Below are positions 20,545 to 29,763 of a DNA stretch of 64,000 nt, one piece after another. A model generated the notes under the pieces. It ran no database searches, was not told the origin of the DNA, and saw only the letters and a program-made list of their open reading frames with translations. Origin of the DNA: a virus; IMG/VR virus record IMGVR_UViG_3300043331_000919, positions 15,507 to 79,506 of that record, one strand, 5' to 3'. Every line of letters starts with the position of its first letter. Position 1 is the first letter of the stretch. The position numbers and the translations under genes were made by a program.

Positions 20545-22503
20545 TTGATCGACGAACTTGATCTGGTCGCCTACCTGACCAGCAAGGGTCTGCAGGTCCA
20601 CCGGGCCGCGGGCAACGAGGTCACGGTGCACTGCATCTTCTGCGCCGACGGCGACCCGAAGGGCAAGGGCAAGCTCTACCTGAACACCGAGTCCTGGCTC
20701 TGGGACTGCAAGCGCTGCGGCGCCACCGGGAACCGGAAGGTGTTGCTGGAGCACTTCGGCGACGAGGACGCGATCCAGCACGCCGCCGGCAGCGATCCGA
20801 TGCTGAAGCGCCGCCTGCTCACCGAGGCCGCCGAGCTCGCTCACGAGATGCTGCTCGCCAACGAGAAGAAGCTCTCCTACCTGCTCGACCGCGGCATCCA
20901 CCCCGACCTGATCATCAGCCAGAAGCTGGGGTACGTCCCGAAGAACGTCGGCCTCTCCGAGATGCTGCCGAGCCGCTCCAGCCTGAAGGGGTACGTCGAC
21001 CTGCAGGCGGCCGGGCTCATCACCCTCGGCGGCCGGGAGTTCTTCAGCGACTCGATCACGATCCCGTACTTCTCGCACGGCACGGTCATCCAGATCCGCG
21101 AGAAGAACATCGACGGCAAGTACCGGACCACCGGCGGCGACGTCGCCCGGCTCTACAACGGCGACGCCCTGTTCGGCGCGGACCGGGTGCTCATCACCGA
21201 GGGCGAGTTCGACTCCCTGGCGGTGCGCTCGCAGATCATCGAGTCCGGTGACCGCTGGTTCGAGGGCCTCGCCGTGGTCGGCCTGCCGGGCGCCGGCTCC
21301 TGGCCCGATGGCTTCGTCGAGATGCTCGGGCAGGCCCGGAAGGTCTTCATCGGCCTGGACCCCGACGACACCGGCGAGAAGTTCGCGAAGAAGCTGAAGG
21401 AGGAGGTCGGCAACCGGGCCCGGATCGTCAACCTCCCCGGCGGCGAGCCGAAGACGGACTGGACTGACTACTTCCTGCCGCGCACGGCGAAGAACCCGAA
21501 CGGCGGCCACGACTGGCGGGACCTGAAGTCGCTGCTGATCGAGGCCGACCTCGCCGGCAAGCAGCTGTTCAACATCGCCGACATCTCCACGAAGTGGCAG
21601 CGCCACCGGAAGCTGGCGCCCGGCCTGAAGCTCGGGTGGCCGTCGCTCGACACCGTGATCCGTCCCGGCCTGCGGCCCGGCCAGGTGATGATCCCGCTCG
21701 CCAAGTCCGGCACCGGCAAGACGGTCTTCCTCTCGAACATCGCCCACAACCTGCACAAGCACCGCGTGCTCTACGTGTCGCTGGAGATGACCGCGGCCGA
21801 GGTCTACGAGCACCTGCGCCGGATCCACCACTTCTGGAACCCGGCCGCCGGCCACGACCAGCTGCTGGAGGACTACGAGCGCCTGCACGTCGTGGAGCGC
21901 AACCGAGTGGGCCGTGGCGACCTCGGGGACTTCGTGAACGAGTACGCCGAGCTGGTCGGCGACGCGCCCGAGGTCATCATCGTCGACTACCTGCAGTACT
22001 ACGCCCGGGCGTTCCGGGGCGGCACGCCGTACGAGCGCGCCAGTGACGCGGTGATGGAGCTGAAGGCGGTCGGCAAGGACGCCGCCTGCTCGCTGATCGT
22101 TCCCTCGCAGGTGAACCGGGGCGCCGAGCACGGCAAGCCGATCTCCGCGGACGACGCCCGAGACTCCGGTGTGGTCGAGGAGACCGGCGACTTCCTGATC
22201 TCGCTGTTCCGGCCCGACCAGGTCGTGGACAAGCAGTCGGCCACCGGCGAGCTCCCGATGCAGACCGGCGACTTCCGCGGCCAGATCCTGAAGTCCCGAC
22301 ACGGCGGCAAGGGCCGCACCTTCTCGTTCAAGATGTCGCTGCTCTCGCTCGCGATCGTCGACTCCAGCCCGCTCGGTGACCGGATCGCCTCCAGCAAGGT
22401 CGACCAGGAGAACAGCCTCTACCGGCAGGGCATCCACTACGAGGACTACCGCCGCGAGCAGCTCAACGACGCCTCCGCGGTGCCGCTCTGGGAGGGCGCA
22501 TGA
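20545..22503 (+). CDS. DNA primase-helicase
   Basis: Zn finger CIFC...CKRC, TOPRIM ITEGEFD and LDPDDTG, SF4 helicase AKSGTGKT, IVDYLQ, SQVNR; TTG start inferred. Confidence 0.92.
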   Translation: MIDELDLVAYLTSKGLQVHRAAGNEVTVHCIFCADGDPKGKGKLYLNTESWLWDCKRCGATGNRKVLLEHFGDEDAIQHAAGSDPMLKRRLLTEAAELAHEMLLANEKKLSYLLDRGIHPDLIISQKLGYVPKNVGLSEMLPSRSSLKGYVDLQAAGLITLGGREFFSDSITIPYFSHGTVIQIREKNIDGKYRTTGGDVARLYNGDALFGADRVLITEGEFDSLAVRSQIIESGDRWFEGLAVVGLPGAGSWPDGFVEMLGQARKVFIGLDPDDTGEKFAKKLKEEVGNRARIVNLPGGEPKTDWTDYFLPRTAKNPNGGHDWRDLKSLLIEADLAGKQLFNIADISTKWQRHRKLAPGLKLGWPSLDTVIRPGLRPGQVMIPLAKSGTGKTVFLSNIAHNLHKHRVLYVSLEMTAAEVYEHLRRIHHFWNPAAGHDQLLEDYERLHVVERNRVGRGDLGDFVNEYAELVGDAPEVIIVDYLQYYARAFRGGTPYERASDAVMELKAVGKDAACSLIVPSQVNRGAEHGKPISADDARDSGVVEETGDFLISLFRPDQVVDKQSATGELPMQTGDFRGQILKSRHGGKGRTFSFKMSLLSLAIVDSSPLGDRIASSKVDQENSLYRQGIHYEDYRREQLNDASAVPLWEGA

Positions 22504-22718
22504 AGACGAAGGCCACCACCCGCCCGTGGCTCAGCGGCCACTGCAACCCGTCGAACCCTGCGCACATCCACCTGCAGTGCCGGGGCTCCGCCGCGGGCCT
22601 GACGGCAACGCTCGTTTGTGCCTGCGCCTGCCACCTGGCCAGGGCCGCCGAGCCCACGCTAACGCCCGTTCCCGCATCGGAGCGGATCGAACAGATGTTC
22701 GCGGAGGGGTCGTGGTGA
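22500..22718 (+). CDS. Small Cys/His-rich protein
   Basis: ATGA overlap; CACACH. Confidence 0.5.
   Translation: MKTKATTRPWLSGHCNPSNPAHIHLQCRGSAAGLTATLVCACACHLARAAEPTLTPVPASERIEQMFAEGSW
22687..22702. promoter_or_regulatory. LexA (SOS) box-like site
   Basis: TCGAACAGATGTTCGC matches actinobacterial TCGAAC-N4-GTTCGA; abuts the RBS of 22715. Confidence 0.55.
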
Positions 22719-23134
22719 CTGAGCAGCCGAAGACGGAGGCCGCCCTCTACGACCTGCTCCAGCAGCGGTTCGGGATCGGCTCCTGGGACGAGGCCACCGC
22801 CAAGGTGCCCTTCTACCGGGCGCGCATGACCGAGATCTCCAAGCTGAAGGCGATGATGAAGCGCCGCCGGGTGCGCATCGAGGAGATCGTGCTGGCCGCC
22901 GACTACGCCTCGGCCCGCCAGATCCCGATCCGCGAGACCTGGCAGATCTTCGAGCTCGTCCCTGACGCGCTGAAGGACCAGCGCATGAACGGTCGCGCGG
23001 ACATCGAGGAGCGGCTCCAGAAGGCCGCGGAGGAGGCGATGGCGCTCGGACGCCAGGACTGGGCCGTGCGCCTCTACAACACCGACCGACGGTCCGGAGA
23101 GGCCGTCCTTGCCGAGTGGGAGCAGCAGCGATGA
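22715..23134 (+). CDS. Hypothetical protein
   Basis: GTGA overlap, RBS GGAGGGG. Confidence 0.65.
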   Translation: MTEQPKTEAALYDLLQQRFGIGSWDEATAKVPFYRARMTEISKLKAMMKRRRVRIEEIVLAADYASARQIPIRETWQIFELVPDALKDQRMNGRADIEERLQKAAEEAMALGRQDWAVRLYNTDRRSGEAVLAEWEQQR

Positions 23135-23319
23135 GCGACACCAGCATGTTCGAGGAGCAGCGGGCGGCAGCCGCGGAGTTCATCCGCAAGGTGGCCGGCA
23201 CCCACCCGACGCTGCGCGCGGCGTACGACGATGCGAAGAAGCGGGCCCGCAAGCGGCCGATCCTGCGCGAGCGGGTCTACTACGCCGGCTGGCTGCTCGG
23301 CTTCGAGGAGAAGTCCTGA
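23131..23319 (+). CDS. Hypothetical protein
   Basis: ATGA overlap. Confidence 0.55.
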   Translation: MSDTSMFEEQRAAAAEFIRKVAGTHPTLRAAYDDAKKRARKRPILRERVYYAGWLLGFEEKS

Positions 23320-23453
23320 TGGCCGAGTACTACGCCTACGACGAGACGACCCTCGCTCGTGCCGAGGTGCACGGGTGTCTGGACGAGGACGTGAGCACGG
23401 GCGACCCGGTGGTCTGCCGTGAGTGCGCCTACCCCGACGAGGTGCCCTGCTGA
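23319..23453 (+). CDS. Small hypothetical protein
   Basis: TGATG coupling at both ends. Confidence 0.5.
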   Translation: MAEYYAYDETTLARAEVHGCLDEDVSTGDPVVCRECAYPDEVPC

Positions 23454-23827
23454 TGGCCAGGGTCACCCAGAAGGTCAAGCGCACGCTGGCGCACACCTCC
23501 AAGGCCACCGTGAAGATCTCGATGTCCGGGCTCTACAACCAGGTCCGGGAGAAGCACCACTTCCACTTCTGCTCCGATCGCGCCTGCCGGCTGATCTACG
23601 AGGACAACTGCGCGGACCCCGAGCGCAACGGGCGTTGCCCGTCATGCCGCGGGACCACCCGCAACAACCTGCTGGTCCGAGACCCGCAGGAGTGCTGCCT
23701 GGACAACTGCGTCCAGATCACCGACCGCGACGTCCTGCTGGCACACAAGCTCGCCGGCCCGGGCCCGTGGTTCATCTGCAAGACCTGTGCCCGCTCGCAC
23801 GGCTGGCCGTGCGTCACCACCACCTGA
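23453..23827 (+). CDS. Cys-rich zinc-binding protein
   Basis: Multiple CxxC motifs. Confidence 0.6.
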   Translation: MARVTQKVKRTLAHTSKATVKISMSGLYNQVREKHHFHFCSDRACRLIYEDNCADPERNGRCPSCRGTTRNNLLVRDPQECCLDNCVQITDRDVLLAHKLAGPGPWFICKTCARSHGWPCVTTT

Positions 23828-23837
23828 GAGGACCCTC

Positions 23838-24164
23838 ATGACCGACCGCATCCCCGCCTTCGAGGGGCACCCCGTCGACGGCACCGCCGTCAAGATGTCG
23901 GGAGCCGCGCCGCTCGACGATCTCGACGGCGAGGTCATCAGCGTCGACGACGTCGTGCAGATGATCAGCCAGTTCCGCTGCGTCGGCGTGCACCACCAGG
24001 TCGACAAGAACACCGGCAAGCTGATCCGCGTGCAGGTGCTCCGGCCCGTGCTGATGGCGCTGGTGCCGATCGACCCGAACGACCCGAACGACACCGGCAT
24101 CCGGCGCTCCATGCCGAAGTCGGTGCTCGGCTCGGTCGAGAGCAGCCGGGAGGACCAGTCGTGA
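23838..24164 (+). CDS. Hypothetical protein
   Basis: RBS GAGAGGA. Confidence 0.6.
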   Translation: MTDRIPAFEGHPVDGTAVKMSGAAPLDDLDGEVISVDDVVQMISQFRCVGVHHQVDKNTGKLIRVQVLRPVLMALVPIDPNDPNDTGIRRSMPKSVLGSVESSREDQS

Positions 24165-24418
24165 GGCGCATCCTGATCTTCGAGGAGGAGCGGATCGCGA
24201 TCGACATCGAGGAGATCGCCAAGGTCGAGGCCGTCGAGCCCGGCGAGCGCCAGACCCTCAACCGCTTCGGTGACCGCGACCCGCAGGACGCGCAGACCCG
24301 GGTCACGACGAAGTCGTCCGGCTTCTTCTACACCTCCCTGCCCTTCGAGGAGGTCATGGAGCGGATCACCACGTTCCGCCCGGCCCCCCACCCTCTGAGC
24401 GGAGACACCCGTGGCTGA
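24161..24418 (+). CDS. Hypothetical protein
   Basis: GTGA overlap. Confidence 0.55.
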   Translation: MRRILIFEEERIAIDIEEIAKVEAVEPGERQTLNRFGDRDPQDAQTRVTTKSSGFFYTSLPFEEVMERITTFRPAPHPLSGDTRG

Positions 24419-24704
24419 CAACGCGCGTTACGAGATCCAGCAGATCATGTTCGAGCCCGCCGGCCAGGCGCTCCACATCTCCTACGTCTGCGTGCCCGAC
24501 GACATCCGGGTGCAGGGCGCCGTGGTGATGCAGCGACAGGTGCGGCTCGCCGCCGGCCACCCCGACTACGCCGACGACATCGAGGGGCTGCACAGCCGCG
24601 TCGTTCGGATCCTTCGCTCGGCACTGGAGGACTTCGAGGCCTCGGAGCCGTTCGATCCGGACGAGGACGAGGACGAGGACGACGAGCGGGGAATGGGGGA
24701 GTGA
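24411..24704 (+). CDS. Hypothetical protein with acidic tail
   Basis: Overlapping start; DEDEDEDDE tail. Confidence 0.55.
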   Translation: MADNARYEIQQIMFEPAGQALHISYVCVPDDIRVQGAVVMQRQVRLAAGHPDYADDIEGLHSRVVRILRSALEDFEASEPFDPDEDEDEDDERGMGE

Positions 24705-24988
24705 TGGCAGTCAGCGGGGGACTCATGCTTGGGCCGGAGTACGCGTGGCACGCGCAGGCCCGGTGCAGCCAGCGCAAGGAGAGCGCCAAGGCCACCCAGG
24801 AGCACGCCGATCGCTTCTTCCCGAACGGGCGTCCGTCGTCCGCGCTGAAGAAGCTGATGTGCGGCACCTGCCCGGTCCGCGAGGAATGCCTCGCCTGGGC
24901 TATTGCGAATGACGCGCATGGCATTTGGGGCGGGATGACCGAGAAGGAGCGTGCCGCGATGCAGGGGAAGGACGAAGTACACCGATGA
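24701..24988 (+). CDS. whiB: WhiB-family transcription factor (divergent)
   Basis: C...CGTCPVREEC...GIWGGMTEKER. Confidence 0.85.
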   Translation: MMAVSGGLMLGPEYAWHAQARCSQRKESAKATQEHADRFFPNGRPSSALKKLMCGTCPVREECLAWAIANDAHGIWGGMTEKERAAMQGKDEVHR

Positions 24989-25209
24989 CGACTGGCACCA
25001 CTCGGGACGCCCAGGAGGCACCGATGACGATGGATGACGGCACCACGCTCCTCCTCCCGGAGGAGGCCGCCAGCTTGCTGCAGGTGCCCGTCTCCTGGCT
25101 CTACGCCGCAGCGCGCGAGGGCCGCTTTCCCTGCGTCCGCGTCGGCCGCTACGTGCGATTCCGCCGGGCCGACGTGGAGAACTACATCGCCGAAGGGGGC
25201 GCAGCATGA
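24985..25209 (+). CDS. Excisionase-like HTH DNA-binding protein
   Basis: LLLPEEAASLLQVPVSWLY...RVGRYVRFRRADVE. Confidence 0.8.
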   Translation: MTTGTTRDAQEAPMTMDDGTTLLLPEEAASLLQVPVSWLYAAAREGRFPCVRVGRYVRFRRADVENYIAEGGAA

Positions 25210-25514
25210 CCACTCGGAACGTCTTCACCATGTCCCGCACCGTCGGGGGGGCCGGCCGGGGCGGTGGTGCGCTGCCGTTCGAGCCGAGCTCGCCGGACTG
25301 GGAGGGCCGGGCGCTCTGCGCCCAGACCGACCCCGAGGGCTTCTACCCGGAGAAGGGTGGCTCGACGAAGGCGGCGAAGCAGGTCTGCCTGGGCTGCGAG
25401 GTCCGCGAGCAGTGCCTGCAGTACGCCCTGGCCAACGACGAGCGGTTCGGGATCTGGGGCGGCCTCTCGGAGCGCGAGAGGCGCAAGCTGAAGAAGGAGC
25501 GGGTGGAGTCATGA
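25206..25514 (+). CDS. whiB: WhiB2/WhmD-like transcription factor
   Basis: ALCAQTDPEGFYPEKGGST..AKQVCLGCEVR..CL.YALANDERFGIWGGLSERERRKLKK. Confidence 0.93.
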   Translation: MTTRNVFTMSRTVGGAGRGGGALPFEPSSPDWEGRALCAQTDPEGFYPEKGGSTKAAKQVCLGCEVREQCLQYALANDERFGIWGGLSERERRKLKKERVES

Positions 25515-25762
25515 CCCACCGTCGGTTCGTCTTGCAGCGCGACCACGATGTGTCCGGCATCAGCGGGACGGGCGTGGTCGCCGAAGGTGTCGAGTTCTCC
25601 TCGGGCGTCGTCGCCTTGACCTGGCTGTCCGAGTGGCCCACGTCCGTCGTGTTCCACGATCGAGGCGTCGAGTCTGTTGAGGCCATCCACGGCCACGGCG
25701 GCGCGACGCAGATCGTGTGGCTGGACGAGGAGGGTCAGCGCAGGAGAGAGGCCGGGCCGTGA
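25511..25762 (+). CDS. Conserved actinophage hypothetical protein
   Basis: RDHDVSGISGTGVVAEGVEF...IHGHGGAT motif. Confidence 0.65.
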   Translation: MTHRRFVLQRDHDVSGISGTGVVAEGVEFSSGVVALTWLSEWPTSVVFHDRGVESVEAIHGHGGATQIVWLDEEGQRRREAGP

Positions 25763-26031
25763 TTCCCGGCTACCGGGTGCCGCTCGCGGGTCCGCCGCGG
25801 TGGCTGGTCGGCGAGACCATCGTCGTGATCGAGCTGCCAACGGGCGTTTACCGGGTGACCGATGACGCGGATGGCGCCACGGTCCACATCGACGCCGACG
25901 AGGTTCGACGCGCCGCATCCGGTGTGGCCAACCTGATCGCAGCGAAGCTCCACGAGGCACGCCGGACAGCGCCGGCCGACGAGCCTGAGCCTGATGTCCG
26001 GCGCCTGCTGCAGAGGGAATGGGGTGCGTGA
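25759..26031 (+). CDS. Hypothetical protein
   Basis: GTGA overlap. Confidence 0.5.
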   Translation: MIPGYRVPLAGPPRWLVGETIVVIELPTGVYRVTDDADGATVHIDADEVRRAASGVANLIAAKLHEARRTAPADEPEPDVRRLLQREWGA

Positions 26032-26207
26032 TGGACGAGGATGAGCAGGGCTGGGTGGGCACGGTGCTGATCGAGCCGCTGAGCGTGGTCGCAGGGGCGG
26101 TGCTCGCCGGCGCACTGGTGACGTACGTGTGCTGGCGGGCGATGTGGGCGGGCTTCAACAAGCGCGACCTGGCCTACCAGGACGCGTGTCTGGCGGCCCG
26201 ACGATGA
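26028..26207 (+). CDS. Small membrane protein
   Basis: One hydrophobic segment. Confidence 0.5.
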   Translation: MMDEDEQGWVGTVLIEPLSVVAGAVLAGALVTYVCWRAMWAGFNKRDLAYQDACLAARR

Positions 26208-26584
26208 GCACCGAGCATCACGACATCGTGCTCGCGATCGACGCGCAGGGCATGGTGCACGCGAAGGCGGTGTGCACGGCCCCGCCGGAGGCGCAGTGCC
26301 GATGGGAGTCGAAGTGCGACTGCGAGGTCTACTACCACCTCGCGGTCGACGAGCACGGGCCGTTCCACGTCGCTGAGGGTCCGCCGCCGATCCGGGACCG
26401 CGTCGAGCTGGAGGACTGGCTGGAGGCGAAGCACCGCATGGCGTACGGCGGCGAGTGCCGGGTGGTCGCGTGGATCAACGCTGAGGACGCGCTGGAGGTC
26501 TACGACGGCGACGCCCGGGAGCTGTTCCGGCAGAAGATCGAGACCGCCTGGAACGGCGACTGCTACGTCTGGAAGGCGGCGTGA
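26204..26584 (+). CDS. Hypothetical protein, internal tag (IRDRVELEDWLEA)
   Basis: ATGA overlap. Confidence 0.6.
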   Translation: MSTEHHDIVLAIDAQGMVHAKAVCTAPPEAQCRWESKCDCEVYYHLAVDEHGPFHVAEGPPPIRDRVELEDWLEAKHRMAYGGECRVVAWINAEDALEVYDGDARELFRQKIETAWNGDCYVWKAA

Positions 26585-26778
26585 TGGACGAGCTGTTCGA
26601 GGTGGAGCCGGTGGAGCCGCTCCGCGAGGGCGATCGAGTGTGGGCCCGGACGATCTCCGGCGACCGGCTGGCAACGTTCGTTGGCCACGCGGACGATCAT
26701 GGCTGGCCCCTGGGCGAGGTGGAGTTCGCCAGTGGGGAACGCGCGTTGCTGAACATCTGCAGCATCCGGAGGCGCTAG
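26581..26778 (+). CDS. Small KOW/SH3-like protein
   Basis: LREGDRVWAR. Confidence 0.5.
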   Translation: MMDELFEVEPVEPLREGDRVWARTISGDRLATFVGHADDHGWPLGEVEFASGERALLNICSIRRR

Positions 26779-26806
26779 ACTCCTCGCGGCGAAAGCCACC
26801 GACACG

Positions 26807-26846
26807 GAAGCCCTGCTCCTCACACCGCTGCGGGGGGCAGGGCTTC
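26807..26846. terminator. Hairpin at convergence of rightward and leftward arms
   Basis: GAAGCCCTGCTCC / GGGGCAGGGCTTC inverted repeat. Confidence 0.5.
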
Positions 26847-27155
26847 TGTCTTTGCGGCGTGGTAGTCGCGCTTCTTGCGCTCGCGGTCGCGCTTGCGCCG
26901 GCACTTCAGGCAGAACCGTCCGCCGCGCGACGGTGCCGGCCGCCCCCACTCGGCCATGTCGTGCCCTTGGGCGCACTCGTCCTTCGGCGCCGGGCCGCGC
27001 CGCCCGGGCGTGGGAACATGGAGGCCCTCGCGGGTCAGGTGGTTGTAGATCGTGCCGCGGGGGATCCCGGTCTGGCGGGAGATCGCGAGCACGCTGACAC
27101 CGTCCTCGAACTGCTGCTCGACCCACGCCCAGAGGACGTCACCCTCGGTGATCAC
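26820..27155 (-). CDS. HTH plus zinc-finger DNA-binding protein
   Basis: SVLAISRQTGIPRGTIYNHL HTH; CAQGH...CLKC. Confidence 0.65.
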   Translation of the reverse strand: MITEGDVLWAWVEQQFEDGVSVLAISRQTGIPRGTIYNHLTREGLHVPTPGRRGPAPKDECAQGHDMAEWGRPAPSRGGRFCLKCRRKRDRERKKRDYHAAKTEALPPAAV

Positions 27156-27529
27156 CGCGAGCCTCCCGTCAGGACGTGGGCGTGCTGCCGGAGCCATGCC
27201 ATGAGGGCACGCTGCTCGGCGGCAACGGCGTCGGCGTTGGCCCGGAGGATCGCCTCCCGGTCGCGGCCCGCGGCGTTGCGGGCGGCGCGCTCGGCCGTGC
27301 GTGCGTGGTAGCGGTCGGCCTGCTCCTTGGCCCATGCCTTCTGGTATCGGCTGTTGTGGGGCCGCTTGGTGGGCGTGCCCGCCCGGTCCATGAGCGCGAG
27401 GATGCCCGGGGTCAGCCAGTCGTGCCGGACTCGGGGGCTGCCGTCCCAGTCCTTCGGCCACAGGTAGGTGCACCCCTTCCCCTTGCGGGCTTGGCAGTCC
27501 GGGCAGGAGACGGTCAGCGGGTCAGTCAC
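27152..27529 (-). CDS. Zinc-finger protein
   Basis: VSCPDCQARKGKGC...H; RBS GGAGGAGG. Confidence 0.55.
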   Translation of the reverse strand: MTDPLTVSCPDCQARKGKGCTYLWPKDWDGSPRVRHDWLTPGILALMDRAGTPTKRPHNSRYQKAWAKEQADRYHARTAERAARNAAGRDREAILRANADAVAAEQRALMAWLRQHAHVLTGGSR

Positions 27530-27787
27530 CTGCCCTCCTCCCAGCACGGTCGGACGTCCGGCCAGTAGATGGTCACGTCGGCGTCGAGCGGGAACAGCGG
27601 GCGCGTAGTCCACACGTCCTTCACGAGGGCCATCCGTCAGGCTCTGCGTCGTAGCGCGACCCGGACCGGACCGGCGGTGACGGCGAGTAGAGGACGGCCT
27701 TCTTGCAGCGGCGGCACAAGTTGAGTTGCCAGCCTCGGAGGACGACGCAGCACCAGGCGCAGCGGCGACGGAAGCCGAACCGGGCAC

Positions 27788-28069
27788 TCATGACTCCAGC
27801 CACTCGTCGAGCGCCTCGGCGTCGCTGAAGTCCGGCACGAGCTCGCCGGCGAGCACGGTGGACTGTGGGAAGGGAATGGGATCACTCCCGCTCCCGTCGG
27901 ACATCCAGTAGTTGCCCTGGCGCGACCGGGGCGCCTCGGCGATGGTCAGCATGCGCTGATGTCTGCCGTCGTCCAGCAACACTCGTTGGCCGACCGGGAG
28001 CGGCCGGAACTCCAGGTCCGGGTCGTAGGAGTCGGGGAAGTCCTGTGCCTCGTCGTAGTACCCCCTCAC
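27788..28069 (-). CDS. Small protein, C-terminal tag (PDFSDAEALDEWLES)
   Basis: GTGA overlap; LPVGQRVLL KOW-like. Confidence 0.6.
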   Translation of the reverse strand: MRGYYDEAQDFPDSYDPDLEFRPLPVGQRVLLDDGRHQRMLTIAEAPRSRQGNYWMSDGSGSDPIPFPQSTVLAGELVPDFSDAEALDEWLES

Positions 28070-28323
28070 GAATCCAGCCACCTCTCCAGGTCGTCACGGT
28101 TGGCCATGTCCACTCTCCTCACCTTGCTCTCGTGTACGTCGTAGCGCACGAACCCTTCGTCCTCGCAGTCGACGTCGTAGAGCATCCCCTCCGGCGTGGA
28201 GGAGCGCCCCACGATGCGCCCGCTGGCCACGAAGTCTCCGAGGGCGAGCTCGATGAGAACGTGCGTTCCCTTCTCCAGTGCACCCTCGCTCAGCGGCTGC
28301 CACGGCTCCATCTCGTCGCCCAT
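28066..28323 (-). CDS. Small protein, C-terminal tag (DMANRDDLERWLDS)
   Basis: TGATG coupling; LEKGTHVLI. Confidence 0.6.
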   Translation of the reverse strand: MGDEMEPWQPLSEGALEKGTHVLIELALGDFVASGRIVGRSSTPEGMLYDVDCEDEGFVRYDVHESKVRRVDMANRDDLERWLDS

Positions 28324-28955
28324 CAGAACGGCAGATCCTGAATCGGGATGCGACCCTGCGTGCGCTGGCTGAGCTCGCCGTCCTCGTCCTCCAGCCACTC
28401 CTCGAACGCGGCCCGGGCGTCCTCGCGCTCATAGCCCTTGCGCACCCACGGCATCCGCAGAAACGTCCGGCCGCGGGCGAGACTGGCGTCGGCGTACCCC
28501 TGCTCGATCAGGCCCACCTCGGCGCACACCGTGATGAACTTCTCCCACTGCTCATGGCTGAGCTGGTGGTCGACGATCAGGTGGTGGTGGTCCGCCGTGG
28601 TCGACGGGAGCAGCACCGCGGGAAAGTCCAGGTCGAGTGCGATGACGTGGTAGTCGTCGCCACAGCCGTCTGGGCCCGAGAGCCGTGACCCGAGCACCTC
28701 GGCCTGAGCAACGGACGTTGTCGGCTTCCGCACCTCGGCCTCGACCCGCTCGGGCATGAGGCCATCGCTGTCGCGCTCGCCCTCCCAGTCGATGCCGTGG
28801 AACAGCTCGACCTGACGGACGAGGAGGTACGACAGCCAGGCCGGCGCCTCCATCAGGAACGAGCGCAGGGTACGGGTCCGGCTCCGGTCGGCGTTCTGTT
28901 GCCGGTGCTGCCCCTCGCCGGTCCAGTCGTCGAGCAACTCCTTCAGGCTCCTCAC
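28323..28955 (-). CDS. Hypothetical protein (HVIALDLDF...STTADHHHL), tag-like segment near C-terminus
   Basis: GTGA overlap; EDARAAFEEWLED. Confidence 0.6.
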   Translation of the reverse strand: MRSLKELLDDWTGEGQHRQQNADRSRTRTLRSFLMEAPAWLSYLLVRQVELFHGIDWEGERDSDGLMPERVEAEVRKPTTSVAQAEVLGSRLSGPDGCGDDYHVIALDLDFPAVLLPSTTADHHHLIVDHQLSHEQWEKFITVCAEVGLIEQGYADASLARGRTFLRMPWVRKGYEREDARAAFEEWLEDEDGELSQRTQGRIPIQDLPF

Positions 28956-29515
28956 AGCGGCTTCCCCTGCGGGTCGAAGGTGGGCCGGTCGACGATCTCG
29001 GTCAGCTCGCGCTCCCAGTCGACGACGCTGCCCGGCTCTCGGACGACCTGGTAGCCCCAGACGTGCGGGCACTGGGAGATCCAGGCGTCGAACCAGACCC
29101 GGCTCTGCGTGGCCAGGGTGATCGACAACGTCGTGCCGCGGTGGATCTCGGCGAGCCGCGAGAGCTCCTCGGCCACCTGATCCGCGGCCAGCTGCGCGGC
29201 GCCCCACTCCAGGTCGCCCCCGAGGGGTGCCGAGGGCATCCCGAAGATGTTGCCCTGAACGGGCGTTGTCGGCATGTTGAGGATGACCTCGAACAGGTAG
29301 GTCGACTGCAGCTCGACGATGCCGGTGACGACGTCGCCGGAGAGGGCGAGCAGGTCACCGGGGGCGAGCGGCAGGTCGCTGGCGAACGAGATCAGTCGGC
29401 CGACGCCGGCCCGAACCGGCTCGATGTCGACGTTGACGCCGGCCACCCCGAGGGCCGCGGCGACGACGTTGCCGGGGGCGTAGGGGATCAGGGCGCGCAT
29501 GGTGGTCTTCTTCAT
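28952..29515 (-). CDS. Hypothetical protein
   Basis: TGATG coupling. Confidence 0.55.
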   Translation of the reverse strand: MKKTTMRALIPYAPGNVVAAALGVAGVNVDIEPVRAGVGRLISFASDLPLAPGDLLALSGDVVTGIVELQSTYLFEVILNMPTTPVQGNIFGMPSAPLGGDLEWGAAQLAADQVAEELSRLAEIHRGTTLSITLATQSRVWFDAWISQCPHVWGYQVVREPGSVVDWERELTEIVDRPTFDPQGKPL

Positions 29516-29763
29516 CAGATCTCGATTCCCGAGCGTCGGAGTTTGGCGATGGCGTTGCGGTCCCCACGCCAGTCGGAGGGCGTGCGCGCGAAGGTCACCG
29601 GGGTGAGCCGGTCTCCCTGCCCGTCGCGCCGGCCCCGCGGGGGCGTGAGTCGCGGATGGTTCTTCGCGGTCTGGTCGAGCGTCCAACCCGCCTCCAGGGC
29701 GGCGTCGATGGCCTGCTCGCGAGTGGGCCGGGTGATCCGTCGCTGCACGGTCGCCGCCCCCAT
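29515..29763 (-). CDS. HicA-like toxin family protein
   Basis: GWTL...NHPRL...VTFARTPSDWR..RNAIAKLRRSG pattern. Confidence 0.6.
   Translation of the reverse strand: MGAATVQRRITRPTREQAIDAALEAGWTLDQTAKNHPRLTPPRGRRDGQGDRLTPVTFARTPSDWRGDRNAIAKLRRSGIEI

Noticed and set aside
1638-22437. Long antisense ORFs (1638-3890, 10755-12899, 17941-19959, 20524-22437)
   Set aside because: Shadow frames of real + strand genes in high-GC DNA; no motifs or RBS.
24985-25209. Excisionase implying an integration module
   Set aside because: No integrase or att site was recognised; such HTH proteins are common standalone regulators.
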